From: Tubiluchus corallicola
Lineage: Eukaryota; Animalia; Priapulida
DNA length: 64,000 bases
Reading direction: 5' to 3'
Assembly: GCA_030141605.1 (NCBI GenBank)
Contig: JAQGDQ010000002.1
Coordinates: 2,542,001 to 2,606,000 of the forward strand
Shown: piece by piece, positions 58,943-64,000 of the stretch
How positions within the stretch are numbered: position 1 is the stretch's first letter
Layout of the letters: every line of letters begins with the position of its first letter
Made by a program: the position numbers and the translations under genes
The notes under the pieces: model-generated
Databases searched by the model: none
Told to the model about the DNA's origin: nothing
What the model saw: the letters and a program-made list of their open reading frames with translations, nothing else

Positions 58943-59185
58943 ATCAGAACAGTATTGCAGGAGATTTAAAATGAAAACAAACAAAAATTACTTTTAATGT
59001 GAGTACGATTATGCATACAAATGCTGTAAAGTAATATAATTTTCAAGGCGATTTTTCTCAAACCTACTTCAGGTTCTTGTCCTTTAATTTCTCAAAAATA
59101 TGATAATGAGAGTAGGCTTGTATCGAAATGTAACGGTTCAAGTTGCGCTGCCTGAATGAGCTGCAATTCTCTCTCCAAGGTCAAA

Positions 59186-62100
59186 ATGAAATTTCGATGC
59201 ATTCACTGTGGGCAACATTCATCGGAGTTGCACAGAGAGTTCAGTGCTGGAATCATTAAATTATCACATTGTGTAAGTACTATAGTCACTTGACAACTTG
59301 TCTTAGTAAATGCAACACATTATATTACACAACAAAGAATTGACTAATTACAATAAATACAAAATTTTGAGAATTTTGAGTATGGCTACAATAAGCTCTG
59401 TTTAATCTGAAAAAAGGTCAGCTAGTTAATGTCTTATCTTGATCTTATGACATCTGCAAACAAGTTTATTCTACACAGCATTTTTTCGAGTGTTCAAGCA
59501 GTACTTGATAGTATTGTGTAATTTGTGAAACTGTCAGTGTCTGCTCATTAGAAGTTATTATTTTTAGGCCCACAGACAGGAAGCCCAGGCAGCATCCATT
59601 GTCTGCTCATGATTTGAGTTTAAGCCAGTTATACCTGAACCACTTGGGGTAGCCTTGAGATTTTTGGTATAGGAAACCCTGGTAACTTTGGGACAATATG
59701 ATGGTCAAGGTCAAAAGGTCATCCTAAGAGCATATCCAGGACGCGTAAACAAGTAATAGCTACAATGATGAACATAATGTGATGTTCTGAGTCAACTCAG
59801 TGCAAGGAATTACAGCCTCATCTACTCCCTCCCCGAGAAAGGGAACAAGCGAGAACCCAGGGTGGTGCCAAGCATAGTAGGAGAATATGAGTCAGCTTAA
59901 TGTGATGAATTAAAGTGACCTGTCACTATTGAAAATGCATCATTGGCAAAGGTGGAAGGAAACTAGGTCAGATACGTCATTTGAACATTAGCAATTATTG
60001 TATGGTGTTGTAAAGGCAGTTTTGTTGTGCAAAATGCCAAGTGTAGATGTTAGATGAAGTTTGATAACTGGCAGGTCTGGAAATAGAACATTTGCAACTA
60101 CAGTGTTTTGCAGGTTTGTCCTGCAAAATGTTCTGTGGCTAAGTTTGTACAAACCATAGCCACTGAGCTATTTTGTCACCCTAATCCTGATGCAAGCTGA
60201 GATCATAAGCCTACTAGCTCTTTGGGTGTTAGTAGGACCTCTGCCATCTATTTTGACCACCTTACAGTTTTTGGGTCATTCGCTTGCAATGTAACTCTAC
60301 AAACACATCCGTAGTCATATCTGTTAATAGTTAGTGTATTACGGTCATTTCGGGAACAGTAAACAAAGATTATGCAGAATGTTTGCGCATTATTGATTAT
60401 CAGTGGATAGATTCATTACTGTTTGTCATTTCATGCAATCGACTTTGGGCAAAGTGTTTTTGTCCTTGCTGTTATTTTGTGGCAGGGTGTGTGTAGTGTC
60501 CTGTGATGTGGGTGGTGTGGGTGTTTTTATATTGTGACATCACAATAGGGCACTACTGCGTCATCCAAAGCAGCATTGTACCTAAAGTAAATTTGCCTTT
60601 TAGAGCAGCTAGGAAGCTGAAATTTGACACAAGTATTCTTTGGCATGGTAGGACTATACATATTAAAGCTGATGCAAAATGGAAACTTGTTGCCAAGTAA
60701 CCCAATGCCTCACATTCCTGACTAGTTAAAAATGAAATCTGCAGATTTTTTTGTCAGGCGGCTAATAACTCATCATACAAGGTTTTCCAAAGTGCTTTGG
60801 ATAATTGTCATGTACTGTGAAAGGTCACAGTGGTGTTCCAGTTCAGTGTAAAGAATTGCTGTTAGTTCTATGTTTTAGGTTACATTACTTACGTAGCACA
60901 TAATGTGGAGTTTTAGTCGTTAATGTAGGCAAATCTTGTAATAATAAGTATAATAATTTATCAACATTTTATAATTTTTTTTAATGTGTTGTTATGTAAG
61001 TAGCAGTGACCGGCAATAAACAATTTACTCTGTTTACAAATCGTCTACAGAAATTATTACTCAAGTATGCACACTTGTTTTAAACAATTAAAGCATTGTA
61101 TAGATTAAAATGAATGCAATAGTTCTGAGAGACACTTAGCAATGAAATACATGATAACTTGTGTTTAATCCTTGAATGATTCATTTTGTGTCTAGACACG
61201 ATGTGGCAAGCAAGTGGATAAGTACATTGAATTTGATTCAGTGATCATCTTCCTGGATGCTGTATTACACAAACCTCAAGTTTATCGACATGTGATTTTC
61301 AATACTTCAGTGCAGGTTTTATCACTTGTTAATTTTTGAAAATAGATGTTATTTATTTTATTTCAGTTTTCAAATTATCGAATAATTATCAGGGCATAAA
61401 TTACAGGTTTAGTTGATTGCATTAGTAATATATTTATGACTTAGTGACATACACAGTGGTAATGTACTTCTGAGATCGTGACAGTTGGCTGTTGGCATGA
61501 ATTACTTAGATTACTAAGAATTTCAAAATTTTTACCAACTTGAGTGTTTCTAGCAACTATTAGTGATACTACCAGTTGATTACAGCTTTTTTTCAGAATT
61601 TTTTAAAAGTACCATAAAATTTAAAAATTACTGCTTTTCCTCTTTAAATTCATTTTTCATTGAAGAATATAATTAATTTCATGTAACTTCCGTTATTTTT
61701 ATTTTTTTAAATAAATAACCATGTAGTTTGGCAATGATTTCTTCAGCCACAGAAAATTACAAAGTTGAAAGACTAATTTTATGCACATCTTTTAAAATTC
61801 CCACTGATATTCCATTTCTAGTGTCCTTGTTGTTTTCTGTTATTATTTTTAATTTGTTATTTTTTCAGCAAATAAGTTGGAGGCTTTTCATCTTTTTTAT
61901 ATTCTCTGATGCATATATGATGTGGACCCAAGAGAAACAGCTGACAGATGAAGATTTATCCATAGAGAGCATTGTGGAGCCTCGCTTTTACGACATTGAG
62001 TGGGACATTTATAAAATGTGTATTAAGGCAACTGCCGGTAAGACTTTAGTGTTTAATTTGATTTGATTTATATCTTTATTGCAAATTCTAGGTTCATATT

Positions 62101-63462
62101 TCATAAATACATATCATAGACGTAATTAGTAAAACAATACATCATAGAGAGGTACAGTAAGAAGTTGTGAAACATAATGAAAACAAAAATGACTTACATT
62201 AGTTGATGAGGCATGTGGAACAATACATTTAACACAAAACTTACTTGAGTAAAGTCATTACATAGGCATTACCGAACACAATAAATAAGCTCTCTCCATT
62301 TCTTTTTAACAGAAAAAGTGAAGAAGGCATCACCTTCACTTAAATAGTTTTTAACATCACGAAAAGAAACAAAATTGTATTTGCTGTCTTTTCTTTTATT
62401 ATTTTCATATTAATTAAACATAGTGTTTACAGGTGTTAATTTCATACTAATTTTATTACAATTGTATATTTCACAGCCACAAACTGTTAACCTATGACTA
62501 TTATCACAATATGAGTGTTTTTTCTGTCAAATACTGGAATACCTTGTAAAGTTTAGGCAAGATCATATCTTGAACCAATTGTTATTTTCAGAATTGCTTG
62601 TGTTTTTACTGACAGTAATTATGTGCTACCATCTGGTGGAGTGTTTCTTACAAAACAGGAATGTGCAAAAACTGAGGTATATTTGATTTACAATGTTCTT
62701 GGAATACATTCTCCAAGCAAGTCTCAAAATTTTGCATATTCTCAATTATCCATCATGACAAACAATTATTGAAAGTTTCAACTGATGTTAGCTCCAAAAG
62801 ATATTCAAAAATGATTATGTTTAATTGCGTTAAAAATGTTTATAATAGTTGCAACTTAAAATTCATATCTTCACAGCTGTTTGTATCAGCTGGTAACTAG
62901 CAATTTACTTTTATATAACTTAAAAATAATAGTCATGCAGAAGTGCTAAATTATTCAAGTATAAAATTTTCGAAAGTCAGGAATTCCTGTAAGCTAAAGT
63001 TACATAAATATATATAGGCAAATCCCATTATGAAGTTTAACGTCTGTATTTTATCTGTAATTCTTGTAATTCATGTGCAAGAGTAAATTCTTGCATTTCG
63101 TAGCGTAGTGCAGCACTCAAAACACTGATTCATGTCCATTATTCCAAAAAAGATCCTTGTCATTTTGTCTAATTCAGCTTTATGCAGGTTAGTGTTTTAT
63201 GCTGTCAGAATGAAATATTCGAATTAAATGAAGATCTATATGTGTCTGTTGTATAATGGTGTATCCAATTATGCTATCTTTTCAGTCTTTATAAGGTGTT
63301 TGCTTTTTTTCAGCTTGAAGCAACTGATTGATGGGTTGATCATCTCAAGTTTTGGAAAATTCTTAGCAGTTCCTGCAGTTATTTGGGGCCAAAGCAACAA
63401 TGTCGTCTACTTATTTCTTACTCAGTTCTTCATATTTTCGTCCAATGTCCAAGCACTGACTG
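59186..63462 (+). CDS. ARV1: Protein ARV1 (ER sterol/GPI homeostasis); first 5 coding exons, 3' end outside the window
   Basis: Exons 59186-59272, 61196-61315, 61869-62037, 62592-62676, 63314-63462 are in phase. Arv1 homology domain CIHCG...IIKLSHCTRCGKQVDKYIEFDSVIIFLDAVLHKPQVYRHVIFN, followed by TM segments and LIISSFGKFLAVPAVIW. Confidence 0.92.
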
Positions 63463-64000
63463 GTATGTCTGAAATGATTTGACAATTTATCTCAAAAAGT
63501 GCTCTTATTAGGTAAGATAAATGTCAGAATTGTTACAGCCATACATGCAAGAGCATCTGGTGCTTAATGTCCTAGGTATTTCAAATGTTAGCCAAATTAC
63601 AATCTCAACACAAGTTGCAAAAATGTAATTAACCAAATGATTATATCTTTTATATTATAATTGTTAAGATTAAAAGATGGCACAGCTCTACGTATATACA
63701 GTTGATAAAATGAGCATTACAAAATCCTGGTCCGTTAACAAATGTAGCTAGAATTATGTCGAAGTCGTCTTGTTGTGATAGAAGGAATAATGCAATAACT
63801 TTAAAGCATCAGTTGGTTGCTAATTAAATATACAGATTTTAGACTGCCTTTATCAAGTTCCCGCTTAAATGATCTGTCGTATTTAGTTCTCTCACTTCAT
63901 CTACTGCACCATGAAAGAATAGCATTCACTTCATTTCAAAATCTCTAAAATTCATCCTCAGTCATTAAAACAACTGTAAAGGGTTTGCTTGAATTTGTTT

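Noticed and set aside
59761-59940. C/D-box snoRNA in ARV1 intron 1 (ATGATGA...CTGA)
   Set aside because: The boxes are too close together, with no terminal stem or recognisable rRNA guide.

Overview
AT-rich, intron-containing animal (probably invertebrate) genomic DNA; no prokaryotic features. Five host genes were reconstructed by hand from splice sites and reading frame. (1) A CELF1/2 (CUGBP/bruno-like) three-RRM RNA-binding protein on the minus strand: 15 coding exons, 5375-22619, about 581 aa, with candidate alternative first exons at ~25.5 kb and ~33.1 kb and spliced 3'UTR exon(s). (2) Intronless GDAP1 (+, 33533-34498). (3) NDUFAF7 (+, 9 coding exons, 44679-54473, 441 aa). (4) GEMIN6 (-, 2 exons, 55901-57363). 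(5) ARV1 (+, from 59186, running out of the window). Between GDAP1 and NDUFAF7 is a nested transposon complex: a hAT-type MITE carrying a solo LTR, then a decayed Gypsy gag-pol bounded by two different LTR types and by a ~210-bp direct duplication. Other repeats are RTE, CR1 and L2 LINE fragments, tRNA-derived SINE-like heads, a near-intact Tc1/mariner MITE and a second hAT MITE. I see no clear new biological system. The most interesting signals are the dense splice and NMD control potential of the CELF gene, its head-to-head link to intronless GDAP1, and the chimeric LTR element. Exon models and family calls come from reading the sequence and remembered family motifs, not from database searches.
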